Assembly: GCA_964418565.1 (NCBI GenBank)
Contig: CAYQMB010000003.1
Span: 3,892 to 67,891, forward strand
Direction: 5' to 3'
Origin: an uncultured Bacteroidales bacterium
GTDB lineage: Bacteria > Bacteroidota > Bacteroidia > Bacteroidales > ML635J-15
Length of the DNA: 64,000 bases
The notes below the pieces were generated by a model, which did not search any database, was not told the origin of the DNA, and saw only the letters and a program-made list of their open reading frames with translations. The translations under genes and the position numbers were made by a program. This document shows, piece after piece, positions 50,356-59,202 of the stretch. The stretch's first letter is position 1; each line of letters opens with the position of its first letter.

Positions 50356-51230
50356 TAGTAATGCAATATTTTGATGTTATCCAGGTATACCTCACCGGCA
50401 ACAAAATCCTCATTGTTTTCCATGGGTTGGGCACTGATAAACAGACGGTATTCTGTTGCATTGGTTGTTTCAGCAACAATATCCGTGAGATTGATGTATA
50501 CCTTATTCCATTCCGGTGAATCAAATAATGTTAATATGGGGTACCGTACGTCAGAAAAGCCTTCACCTGTATATTCTTTGGCAAATACCCCTACGGTAAA
50601 TTCCTGAGTGCACTTATAGCTTACTTCAGCAAAAATCTTTGCGTCTTTTGGTAAGGGGAAAACATCTGCTGTCCGGCAGTCAAAATTCGGGCGGGAAATA
50701 TCATTGGCAAAATAACCACATTGCCCGTCAAGACAATTTGAATCATTAACTGTATTTAAGGTGGTGTCACTTGCGGTTGTGATTTCAAATCCGGTACCCA
50801 AATCTTCAAAATCCTCAAAAAACGGAACCTCGGTGTCTGTGTAGTTAAACACAGGGTTGATATTAAGCGTATCTCCGGGTGGCAGGAGCGTATCTGAGCG
50901 ATAACTTGTCATGAAAGGGTAGATGACATGAAAACTGCTCTGCCCGCTTTCTTTAACACCTGCTTCAAGGGTGAGTTGCTGTTCGCCAGAGGGAAGTACC
51001 GGTACGGTAAACGGTGCTTCGTATGTGCCCACCAGCTGACCGTTAACGTATACCCATATATCTTCAATGTTGTGAAAATTGCCACCCTGTCCTGTAGTGT
51101 TGTTTACCATGATGGTGTCAACCTTTATATAGGAAGCCTGAGGCTCAGGAGGATTGATGATGTTACAGGAATTAAATGAGCTGATTATCAGCGCAAAAAT
51201 GAGGATAAAACTGATATGTCTACCGGGCAT
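50355..51230 (-). CDS. hypothetical lipoprotein
   Basis: I prefer the start at MPGRHISFILIFALIISSFNSC (lipobox), which avoids overlap with the upstream gene. No family recognised. Confidence 0.5.
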   Translation of the reverse strand: MPGRHISFILIFALIISSFNSCNIINPPEPQASYIKVDTIMVNNTTGQGGNFHNIEDIWVYVNGQLVGTYEAPFTVPVLPSGEQQLTLEAGVKESGQSSFHVIYPFMTSYRSDTLLPPGDTLNINPVFNYTDTEVPFFEDFEDLGTGFEITTASDTTLNTVNDSNCLDGQCGYFANDISRPNFDCRTADVFPLPKDAKIFAEVSYKCTQEFTVGVFAKEYTGEGFSDVRYPILTLFDSPEWNKVYINLTDIVAETTNATEYRLFISAQPMENNEDFVAGEVYLDNIKILHY

Positions 51231-51283
51231 ACTGTTTCGGTTTTGATAAATAACGGCTGCAAAGTAAAGATATTGTTTGCAAA

Positions 51284-52255
51284 TTATGAACAATTTGAAG
51301 TCAATTTAAGCCGCGAATTGATTTCCCTGATAACAGCCATGGTTCTGGAGGTGTTTTCAAGGCTTACTTCAGGAGACATTGCCTGCAGGATGCTTTTTGA
51401 AAAGGCTTCAAGTTCATCTGCAACCACATTGGCATTTTTTACCGGGATGGGGTCGCAGTTCATGTTGTTTTTGTTTTCCCCGAATAAACTGATATCGCCA
51501 TCTTTGTCTTTGCTGTAACGGAAGGCCGCCTGATTAATAAAGTCAATTTCGATGTAGTCGGATGGGTTGTAAAATACCGCACTTTGTTCCTCATGACCGG
51601 AAATGCCGGAAGCCGTGAGATTGGCAATGCAGCCGTTGTGAAACTCGATGAAGGCGTTGACAACTTCCGGGCTCTGCTTGTTTGTACTCACGCCATATGC
51701 GGAAATTTTACGAATGTTGGATCTGACAACGCTCAGAATGTTGTCCACATCGTGCAGCATGAGGTCGTTTACCGGATGTACAGGCCTTGATTCATTGTAA
51801 GCTGTCATTCGCCGTGTCTGTATCATTCTTACCCGTGGGTGGATGAAGGGGCGTGCTGCCAGGAATGCCGGATTGTACCGGTGCGGAAAACCTACCTGTA
51901 CCACCACCTCGGCTTCATCGCTGAGATTTATCAGATCTCGTGTCTCTGAAATGCTGTAGTCGCCGGGCTTTCCAATAAATATGTGTTTGGAGTTGCGCAA
52001 AGCGGATTTTAAACAGGTGTAAGAATTGTAACCGGATGTCGTTATCAGCGCATCAACATGCTCAAACAGGTCCTCAGGATGGAGAAAAATCTTGATGCCG
52101 TAATGCTTGCGGATATCAAGAACGCGTTCCTGGTTAATGTCATGTAAACCCACAATCTGAAATGTGTTCAGTTGGTTTAATAAGTCCAGGTAATGCGTGA
52201 TGTCTTCATCTGTGCCGAGTATGCCTGCTTTTATCATTCCGATTGATTTTTGCAC
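51284..52255 (-). CDS. Gfo/Idh/MocA-family oxidoreductase
   Basis: N-terminal Rossmann-like segment, and the size and pattern (EKP-like GKP, C-terminal alpha/beta domain) of the family. Moderate confidence. Confidence 0.55.
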   Translation of the reverse strand: MQKSIGMIKAGILGTDEDITHYLDLLNQLNTFQIVGLHDINQERVLDIRKHYGIKIFLHPEDLFEHVDALITTSGYNSYTCLKSALRNSKHIFIGKPGDYSISETRDLINLSDEAEVVVQVGFPHRYNPAFLAARPFIHPRVRMIQTRRMTAYNESRPVHPVNDLMLHDVDNILSVVRSNIRKISAYGVSTNKQSPEVVNAFIEFHNGCIANLTASGISGHEEQSAVFYNPSDYIEIDFINQAAFRYSKDKDGDISLFGENKNNMNCDPIPVKNANVVADELEAFSKSILQAMSPEVSLENTSRTMAVIREINSRLKLTSNCS

Positions 52256-52487
52256 TAAAATACAGTTTATATAAGATGAAAAATGCTTGTGGCAGGGGGT
52301 TTTATCAACCTGCAGTTGTTAACAATCCGTGTTTCAGCTTATTCACTTTTTAAGGATGTTTGGGCTGTTTCTTTTGTATAATATTTGGTGTGACGCCGGG
52401 TGTGTGTGCCCAGAAACGGAATATTCCGGATTATTCAGACAATATGAAAAAAAAGAAAAATATCAAATGCTGATACAATCATTTTTG

Positions 52488-52495
52488 TATATTTG
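52488..52495 (+). promoter_or_regulatory. Bacteroidota -7 promoter box (TATATTTG) for tRNA-Arg
   Basis: Matches TAnnTTTG, 17 nt upstream of the mature tRNA 5' end. Confidence 0.45.
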
Positions 52496-52511
52496 CAGCC
52501 CGAAACAACAG

Positions 52512-52586
52512 GGTCCAGTAGCTCAGTTGGATTAGAGCAACGGCCTTCTAAGCCGTAGGTCCCAGGTTCGAGTCCTGGCTGGATCA
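52512..52586 (+). tRNA. tRNA-Arg (anticodon UCU)
   Basis: Hand-folded 75-nt cloverleaf: GGTCCAG TA GCTC AGTTGGATTA GAGC A ACGGC CTTCTAA GCCGT AGGTC CCAGG TTCGAGT CCTGG CTGGATC A. Confidence 0.9.
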
Positions 52587-52787
52587 CATTCATCGACCGG
52601 ATGTCATTAACGATGTCCGGTTTTTTGTTCCCCTTTTTTCCCAGGCCTTTTGAGCTGTAGGTTGCAGGTGAGTTTATCAGGCTGCAAGACTGAAGTCCTG
52701 GCTGGATCACATTCATCGACCGGATGTCATTAACGATGTCCGGTTTTTTGTTCCCCTTTTTTTCAGGCCTTTTCAGCCTCAAAAACC
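52542..52787 (+). repeat. about 2.2 tandem units of tRNA-Arg 3' half plus terminator
   Basis: Unit 1 is 52542-52643 (genuine tRNA 3' half). Unit 2 is 52644-52765, with the anticodon/variable region diverged and the T-loop replaced by 25 nt. Unit 3 starts at 52766 and is truncated. A 69-nt stretch (52571-52639 vs 52694-52762) is identical. Confidence 0.85.
52596..52627 (+). terminator. tRNA-Arg intrinsic terminator (identical second copy at 52719-52751)
   Basis: ACCGGATGTC attaac GATGTCCGGT 10-bp stem (two G-U) followed by TTTTTT. Confidence 0.7.
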
Positions 52788-52902
52788 TTGCGCCAAAACT
52801 GATTACAAAGGATGGAATGATTTGGCCTGTTGCAATGGAAAGCTAATCATTGCTTTAGAGATGCTGAGTGAAAAAATGTAAAATCGGTACGTGTGATTTT
52901 AA

Positions 52903-53226
52903 ATGAAAGCCGTAATTTTGCATCAGATGCGATTGCAAAAGAAACTGGCCAAAGCTGAGATGATTCTCAAGGAAGAAAGAGAATCACTTTTATGGATGCT
53001 GTCTGATGGATCGGATGACCTCGCCGGTCCAAAAGACTTTTTGCCGTTCTATGAAGAGGATGCCAAATACCAAATCCGGGATTTGCATTTGCCGGATGCA
53101 TATGAATCGCATTATCTGAATAAAATCTGCGATATATACGGTCCGTATTCAGAAGATCAGCCATCCAAAAAAGCCAGCTATTACGATAATGATTTTTACC
53201 GGCGTAAAAACGATGTGGACATCTGA
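52903..53226 (+). CDS. hypothetical protein (107 aa)
   Basis: ORF only. Acidic with no recognisable motif. Coding status uncertain. Confidence 0.35.
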   Translation: MKAVILHQMRLQKKLAKAEMILKEERESLLWMLSDGSDDLAGPKDFLPFYEEDAKYQIRDLHLPDAYESHYLNKICDIYGPYSEDQPSKKASYYDNDFYRRKNDVDI

Positions 53227-53280
53227 ATTTTTTATTTAATCCCTACTTTACAAAATCCTGAGTGTAATCAAAGTCAATGA

Positions 53281-54528
53281 TTACCGGCGTCTGCGTTGTT
53301 TGTTTTTGTTGCGCTTGGCAAAGAACTCCTGCTTGCGGCGTGCTTTTTCCTTTTCAAATGCCTTTTTTTCAGCAGCGTTCATAGGCTTGTCTGTTTGGGG
53401 AAACGGGTTGTTTCCCGCGGGCTGGATTTTTTGTTTAATCAGTTTTTCTATATCCCGAACGTAGGCGTTTTCTTCAGGTTCACAAAGTGAAATGGCCGTT
53501 CCGTCTTCTCCCGCTCTGCCTGATCTGCCAATTCTGTGGACGTATGTTTCGGATTCGTTTGGAATGTCATAATTAATGACATACGCCAGTTTGTCGATAT
53601 CAATTCCCCTGGCTGCAATATCAGTGGCCACAAGTACCCTGATCTTACCGGCTTTGAACTGAGCAAGGGCTTTTTGCCGCTGGTTTTGACTTTTGTTACC
53701 GTGTATCGCTGCCGATTTGATTTTTTCCTTGTGCAGGTTGCGGGCTATTTTATCTGCCCCGTGTTTGGTTCTGGAAAATAGTAACACCTGATCAATGCTT
53801 TGATCCTTTAAAATGTGCAGGAGCAGGTCTTTTTTGTCAGGTTTGTTGGTATAATACAGGTATTGCTGCAATGTATCGGCTGCTGATGATTGGGCTGCAA
53901 CCTGAATTTTTACAGGATTTTCAAGGATACTTCGTGACAACTCAACAATGCTTTTTGGCATGGTTGCAGAGAAAAAGAGGGATTGCCGTTTTTTGGGCAG
54001 TACAGCAATAATTTTTCTAATGTCATGAATGAACCCCATATCAAGCATGCGATCGGCTTCATCAAGGACGAAATATTCAACATCCCGTAGGTGAATAAAG
54101 CCCTGGTTCATTAAGTCCAGCAGTCTGCCGGGTGTTGCTATTAGCACATCAACGCCTTTTTTGAGGGCATTGGTTTGTTTGCCCTGATTTACACCTCCAA
54201 AAATAACGGTATTATTTACCCTTGTATATTTGCCATAGGTGGAAAAACTTTCACCAATTTGTATGGCAAGCTCCCGGGTAGGAGTGATGACCAGTGCTTT
54301 GATTTTCCGTGAGGGTTTTCCATCCTGTTTCTCCTTATGCAGATGCTGTAGTATCGGTATTGCAAAAGCTGCTGTTTTTCCTGTACCTGTCTGGGCACTG
54401 CCTAAAATGTCTTTTCCTTTTATGATGTGGGGGATGGCTTTAGACTGAATTGTTGTTGGCTCGTTGTAGTTCTCTTCTTCGAGCGATTTGAGAATGGGAT
54501 CAATGATCCCGAGATTGTTAAATTGCAT
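53281..54528 (-). CDS. DEAD-box ATP-dependent RNA helicase
   Basis: Q motif, AQTGTGKTAAF, PTRELA, DEADRM, SAT, HRIGRSGRAG. Basic C-terminal tail. Confidence 0.92.
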   Translation of the reverse strand: MQFNNLGIIDPILKSLEEENYNEPTTIQSKAIPHIIKGKDILGSAQTGTGKTAAFAIPILQHLHKEKQDGKPSRKIKALVITPTRELAIQIGESFSTYGKYTRVNNTVIFGGVNQGKQTNALKKGVDVLIATPGRLLDLMNQGFIHLRDVEYFVLDEADRMLDMGFIHDIRKIIAVLPKKRQSLFFSATMPKSIVELSRSILENPVKIQVAAQSSAADTLQQYLYYTNKPDKKDLLLHILKDQSIDQVLLFSRTKHGADKIARNLHKEKIKSAAIHGNKSQNQRQKALAQFKAGKIRVLVATDIAARGIDIDKLAYVINYDIPNESETYVHRIGRSGRAGEDGTAISLCEPEENAYVRDIEKLIKQKIQPAGNNPFPQTDKPMNAAEKKAFEKEKARRKQEFFAKRNKNKQRRRR

Positions 54529-54591
54529 TCGCGTTTTCTTTTTCCCAATAAAAAAGGTGGGAATAGCCTTATCTGTTAATTAATTCGGGTG

Positions 54592-54599
54592 CAAAGGTA
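54592..54599 (-). promoter_or_regulatory. Bacteroidota -7 promoter box (TACCTTTG on minus strand) for the helicase gene
   Basis: Plus-strand caaaggta, i.e. TAnnTTTG in minus sense, about 64 nt upstream of the helicase ATG. Confidence 0.4.
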
Positions 54600-54907
54600 A
54601 ATAAAATAATCGGGATGGCAGCATATGCTTCCAAACCTGTATTTCTTTTTAGTGCATTACCTGATGATTAACAGGTAATTCCCCGCATATTCATTTCATC
54701 CGAAGGCCCGGATTTTGCGTGAGGGTAGCAAAACCTTCAGGGTCGCCTAAATCCCTCGTTGTACAGTATTATTCAAATTAAGCTAACAAGTTGATAGATA
54801 CGACCCTGAAGGTTAGTGCCTGCGCTGATGACAAAAACCGGGCACGCCCCATTGAGAGAAATAGCAAATCACAAACAACAAATCACAAATCTTTCAACCA
54901 ATTATTC

Positions 54908-54915
54908 TATCTTTG
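54908..54915 (+). promoter_or_regulatory. Bacteroidota -7 promoter box (TATCTTTG) for guaA
   Basis: Matches TAnnTTTG, 17 nt upstream of the ATG at 54932. Supports the internal start. Confidence 0.45.
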
Positions 54916-54931
54916 CGGAAAAATCTCCGGT

Positions 54932-56464
54932 ATGCACGAAAAAATTGTCATTTTAGATTTCGGCTCTCAATATACACAGTTGATTGCCAGGAAAGTACGT
55001 GAGCTTAACGTATATTGCGAAATTCATCCGTTCAATTACGAAATTCCGCTGGAAGATAAAAGCATCAAGGCTGTGATCATGAGTGGTTCGCCATTTTCCG
55101 TGCTGGATGAAGGGGCGCCGGTGCCGCATATTGATCGCGTGAAAGGAAAATTGCCGCTGCTGGGTGTGTGTTACGGGGCGCAGTACATTGCTCATCATTT
55201 TGGTGGTGATGTGCGCTATTCCAACACACGTGAATACGGCCGTGCGAATCTGAAACGCTTTGAAAAAGAAAATGACTTGCTGAAAGGCATGTCAGATGGC
55301 AGCCAGGTGTGGATGTCGCATGGGGATACCATCAACAGCATTCCGGATGATTTTAAGGTAATCGCCAGCACCGAAGATGTGCATGTGGCAGCGTTTGAAG
55401 TGGAAAATGAAAACACCTATGGCATTCAGTTTCATCCCGAAGTGTATCATTCCAAAGAGGGCAAAACCCTGCTGGAAAATTTTGTGGTAAAGATTGCCGG
55501 TTGCTCACAGGACTGGACACCTTCAGTGTATGTGGAGGAAACCATCTCCGGTTTAAAAAAGCAGCTTGGTGATGATAAAGTGGTGCTGGGCTTGTCTGGC
55601 GGCGTGGATTCGTCTGTGGCTGCCATTTTGTTGCATAAAGCCATCGGTAAAAACCTGAGCTGCATTTTTGTGGACAATGGCTTGTTGCGCAAAAATGAAT
55701 TTGATCAGGTGCTGGATTCATACAAAGATTTGGGATTAAATGTGATTGGCGTGCGTGCTGCTGATCGTTTTTACAAAGCCTTGGCCGGAGAAAGTGATCC
55801 CGAACGCAAGCGTAAGATTATCGGTGGCATGTTCATCGAAATTTTTGATGAAGAGGCCACAAAAATTGAGGATGTGAAATGGCTGGCTCAGGGCACCATT
55901 TATCCTGATGTGATTGAGTCTGTGTCCGTCAACGGTCCTTCCGTGACCATTAAATCTCACCACAACGTAGGTGGTTTGCCCGAAAAAATGAATCTGAAAG
56001 TGGTGGAACCTTTGCGTTCGCTCTTCAAAGATGAAGTGCGACGCGTAGGGAAAACCATCGAGGTGCCCGATGCCATTTTGCGGCGTCATCCTTTCCCCGG
56101 TCCCGGACTGGGAATTCGTATACTGGGTGATGTCACACCCGAAAAAGTGCGCATTCTGCAGGATGTGGATGACATTTTTATCAGTGGACTGGTTGAGGAT
56201 GGTTTGTACGATGATGTCTGGCAGGCTGGATCAGTATTGCTGCCGATACAATCTGTCGGTGTGATGGGCGATGAGCGCACCTACGAACAGGTGGTTGCTT
56301 TACGTGCTGTGGAAAGCACCGATGGCATGACCGCCGACTGGGTGCATCTGCCGTATGAATTTCTGGCAAAAACCTCCAGTAGAATCATCAACCGTGTGAA
56401 AGGTGTCAACCGCGTGGTGTACGACATCAGCTCCAAGCCACCTGCCACGATAGAGTGGGAATAG
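54932..56464 (+). CDS. guaA: GMP synthase (glutamine-hydrolysing)
   Basis: Starts [25 protein letters not shown]. GATase (GVCYGAQ) and ATP-PPase ([10 protein letters not shown]) motifs. C-terminal PPATIEWE. Confidence 0.95.
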   Translation: MHEKIVILDFGSQYTQLIARKVRELNVYCEIHPFNYEIPLEDKSIKAVIMSGSPFSVLDEGAPVPHIDRVKGKLPLLGVCYGAQYIAHHFGGDVRYSNTREYGRANLKRFEKENDLLKGMSDGSQVWMSHGDTINSIPDDFKVIASTEDVHVAAFEVENENTYGIQFHPEVYHSKEGKTLLENFVVKIAGCSQDWTPSVYVEETISGLKKQLGDDKVVLGLSGGVDSSVAAILLHKAIGKNLSCIFVDNGLLRKNEFDQVLDSYKDLGLNVIGVRAADRFYKALAGESDPERKRKIIGGMFIEIFDEEATKIEDVKWLAQGTIYPDVIESVSVNGPSVTIKSHHNVGGLPEKMNLKVVEPLRSLFKDEVRRVGKTIEVPDAILRRHPFPGPGLGIRILGDVTPEKVRILQDVDDIFISGLVEDGLYDDVWQAGSVLLPIQSVGVMGDERTYEQVVALRAVESTDGMTADWVHLPYEFLAKTSSRIINRVKGVNRVVYDISSKPPATIEWE

Positions 56465-56483
56465 GGAGTTTACCTGTTTATTC

Positions 56484-57131
56484 ACTCATCCTCCGACTCA
56501 AAGTCGGGGGATGAGTAAGGCCTTAGCAGCAGCACCAGTTCCGGGTTTATCGCTAAGCGAGAGCTGCATGCGAGTGAAACATTAGGTGTGACAGGCACAG
56601 ACAGCTTTATCATTCAACCCTTTCAGGGTTGTGGAGCGGGTCGGGGCTGAAACACCACCGGTTTCACCGGAGGTTATTGATATTGAAGCCCTTCGGGCTT
56701 CTTTGCCCAGCAGCCCTGTGTTTTAGCGTCAGTGTCGCTCCAAGCGACTCCGACGCTATATGACGGCCGGTTTCCTCCACCTGATCTGCCGGGCTGACGG
56801 AAAAACCATGGGTTTCAACCCGTGGTTATGACAACAAACCCACCCAGATAGCTTTTGGCGGAAAATTTGCCTTTTCTGCAAATTTTGTGACAAAAGCGGC
56901 ATGTTTAACCAAAAATGGTGCCTGTCCGGCTATCGACAGAACAAAAGCGGCATGTTTGACCAAATCCGGCTATCGACGGAACAAAAGCGGATTCCGGAAC
57001 TGCGTGAGGGATAGAAGCGGTACCCCACAGTCCGCCTCCCGGCGGGCGAGGAGCCTGCCTGCCGGTTCACCAGCCGAGGCTGGCAGGCAGGTACAAGCGG
57101 ATAGCCCGACCCGCCGGAGGTACGGAGGCGG
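56484..57131. other. GC-rich, ORF-free, hairpin-dense non-coding block
   Basis: Hairpins read by eye at 56484-56516, 56615-56631, 56654-56674, 56685-56701, 56725-56757, 56804-56827 and 56862-56886. Degenerate 40-51-nt direct repeats at 56889-57000. Nested three-stem structure at 57032-57131. Confidence 0.6.
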
Positions 57132-57236
57132 GGCACGCCCAAAACTGTATTCAAAATATTCATTTTCCAAATCATGATAAGCGCCCCCCATTTTTCAGAT
57201 TTTCTTTGTTTATTTGCAGCGGATTTTAAACACACC

Positions 57237-58526
57237 ATGATGAGCATCTGGTCTGATCTCAGACAAGAGGAAAAGAAAAGTTTTTGGCTGCATCTGCTGT
57301 TTTCAGCTTTTGAAGGCATACTGGTGGGTGGCATTCTGCTCAACGAGTTTGTGTTCCTTAAATCCATGCATGGAAAAGAATTTCAGCTCAGCGGTTTGTT
57401 CGTAATCACCATTGCCGTTTACATTTTGCTGATATTTTTCAACGAGTTCATCCGCCGTACCGAACGAAAACGTGTGATGCTGCGCTGGGTGGCTATTGTA
57501 ACCCGTCTGCCGCTGTTTCTTTTTCTGCTTTTCCCGGTGGAACCCGAAGCCTATGAAAACACAGCCATCTGGCAATTTGCCTTTCTTGGCCTGTTTTTGA
57601 TTTACTACCTCGGAGTTGTGGTCATTCATCCCACCATCAATCTGCTGCTTAAGCACAATTACCGCGATGAGCACATGGCAAAACTCTATGCCTGGGCTAC
57701 CACCATACAAAAACTCCTGGCTCTGGTAACGGCTTTCGGACTGGGTATCATTCTGGATGCGGATTATTACGCTTTCCGCTTCACCTATCCGGTGATGGCT
57801 GTGGCCGGTGTGCTGAGCGTGTATTTCCTGTCCATGATTCCTTACACACCGGTCAAAAAGACCTTCAAACGCTCGTTTATCACTGCTGTTGGAGACTCCA
57901 TGAAGCGAATGGGCAACATCCTGCTTAAAAACCGGCCTTACCGTGATTTTGAAATCGGCTTTATGCTCTATGGCTTTGCTTTTATGTTTACCGTGACAGT
58001 GATTACCTTATACCTTGAAAACGAGCTGCATTTGAGCTATACAAGCGTTGCTTTCTACAAAAACACCGGCAATGTCGTTCTGCTGGTGATGATGCCCATT
58101 TTTGGCGGGGTGCTTGGCAGGCTCGATCCACGGAAATTTGCCCAGATATCCTACAGTTTCATGTTTCTGTACATCTTTTTTGTGGCACTCAGCGAATTTG
58201 TACCCCTCTCGTTTCATTGGCTGCAGCTTGATATCTTTTTGATGGTATTTATCGGCTTTATTTTCTTCGGATTGTTCCAGTCTGCCATGAACCTTCAGTT
58301 CAACATCGGCTCAGCTTTTTTTGCCAAAAATTCTGATGATGCCGGTGATTATCAGGCGGTACATTTGTCTTTGGTTGGTTTCCGCGGTCTGTTTGCTCCC
58401 TTTGTAGGAGTGGCGCTGTACCGCTGGCTCGGCTATTTTCCCACTTTTATGATTTCCTGCGGCAGCCTGCTGATAGCCATCATTTACATGCAAATTTCTT
58501 ACAATCGTTTTGTTTTAAAAAAGTAA
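57237..58526 (+). CDS. MFS-type transporter (12 TM)
   Basis: About 12 hydrophobic helices in a two-halves arrangement. Start chosen at MMSIWSDL, downstream of a near-consensus box TTTATTTG (57209-57216). Confidence 0.55.
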   Translation: MMSIWSDLRQEEKKSFWLHLLFSAFEGILVGGILLNEFVFLKSMHGKEFQLSGLFVITIAVYILLIFFNEFIRRTERKRVMLRWVAIVTRLPLFLFLLFPVEPEAYENTAIWQFAFLGLFLIYYLGVVVIHPTINLLLKHNYRDEHMAKLYAWATTIQKLLALVTAFGLGIILDADYYAFRFTYPVMAVAGVLSVYFLSMIPYTPVKKTFKRSFITAVGDSMKRMGNILLKNRPYRDFEIGFMLYGFAFMFTVTVITLYLENELHLSYTSVAFYKNTGNVVLLVMMPIFGGVLGRLDPRKFAQISYSFMFLYIFFVALSEFVPLSFHWLQLDIFLMVFIGFIFFGLFQSAMNLQFNIGSAFFAKNSDDAGDYQAVHLSLVGFRGLFAPFVGVALYRWLGYFPTFMISCGSLLIAIIYMQISYNRFVLKK

Positions 58527-58725
58527 CAATCCCTGGATAACACCGATTACCACAAAAAGCAAAACACTGGAGATGCACAGGCTGAAAAAAACCTGTTAAA
58601 ATAAAATGATACAAATGTCAGTATGTTAGGCAATAATATAACTATAGGAATCCATAACTTCATAAGTTAAACCTTTTGAACTAAAGTGCATCAAAAGATA
58701 CAAGCAACCGAAATAAGGAAAAATT

Positions 58726-59202
58726 ATGAAAACAAAAGCAATTTTTACAATTATGGCGTTTCTGCTGGTCGGATTTTCTTCATGCAGGAATGCTCCGGAA
58801 AACAATACCAGTGAAAAATATTATTTCAGCAAAACGGTTGAAGGCAATTTCGAAGATGTAACTGCCAAAGTTAAGGCTTTGCTAAAAGAAGAAGGTTTTG
58901 GTGTTATTACAGAAATTGATATGGTAGAAAAACTCTCTGATAAACTTGAAGAGGTTGATATGCAACCATACCGTATTTTAGGTGTCTGCAACGCAAAATA
59001 TGCCTATGCTACCATACAGGAAGAAGAAAATATTGGCTTATTTCTTCCGTGCAAAATAATAATTAAACAGGTGGACAACAATAAAATTGAGGTAGTTACT
59101 GTTAATACCGAAAACTTGATGCAGATGTTTGAAAATGAGGAGCTATTTGATATTGCTGCCAAAGTGAATACCAAATTCAAAAAAGTCCTCAAAAAGCTGT
59201 AA
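58726..59202 (+). CDS. DUF302-domain lipoprotein
   Basis: Lipobox signal (...GFSSC). EGFGVITEIDM...ILGVCN...LPCKIIIKQ pattern of DUF302. Confidence 0.65.
   Translation: MKTKAIFTIMAFLLVGFSSCRNAPENNTSEKYYFSKTVEGNFEDVTAKVKALLKEEGFGVITEIDMVEKLSDKLEEVDMQPYRILGVCNAKYAYATIQEEENIGLFLPCKIIIKQVDNNKIEVVTVNTENLMQMFENEELFDIAAKVNTKFKKVLKKL

Noticed and set aside
52435-52782. 115-aa minus-strand ORF with an internal repeat (GKKGNKKPDIVNDIRSMNVIQPGL twice).
   Set aside because: It is the reverse translation of tRNA-Arg and its tandemly duplicated 3' half and terminator. The peptide repeat simply mirrors the DNA repeat.
54700-54931. Purine/guanine riboswitch upstream of guaA (accgggcac resembles part of the purine aptamer).
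   Set aside because: The three-way junction consensus (UAUAAUCGCGUGGAUAUGGCACGCAAGUUUCUACCGGGCACCGUAAAUGUCCGACUAUG) does not align. The segment also lies upstream of the predicted guaA -7 box.
56600-56680. The minus strand reads CCGGTGAAACCGG...CCCGCTCCAC, reminiscent of the cobalamin riboswitch core (GGTGAAA.TCC...CCCGCCACTG).
   Set aside because: There is no B12-box (GCCAGGAGACCTGCC-like) downstream. A minus-strand element here would point into the 3' end of convergent guaA, with nothing to regulate.
56887-57367. ORFs 56887-57177 (+), 56930-57367 (-) and 56970-57191 (-) inside the GC-rich block.
   Set aside because: They are mutually overlapping and Arg/Pro/Gly/Ala-rich, as expected from GC-rich non-coding DNA. 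They span direct repeats and hairpins, and none has a start context.
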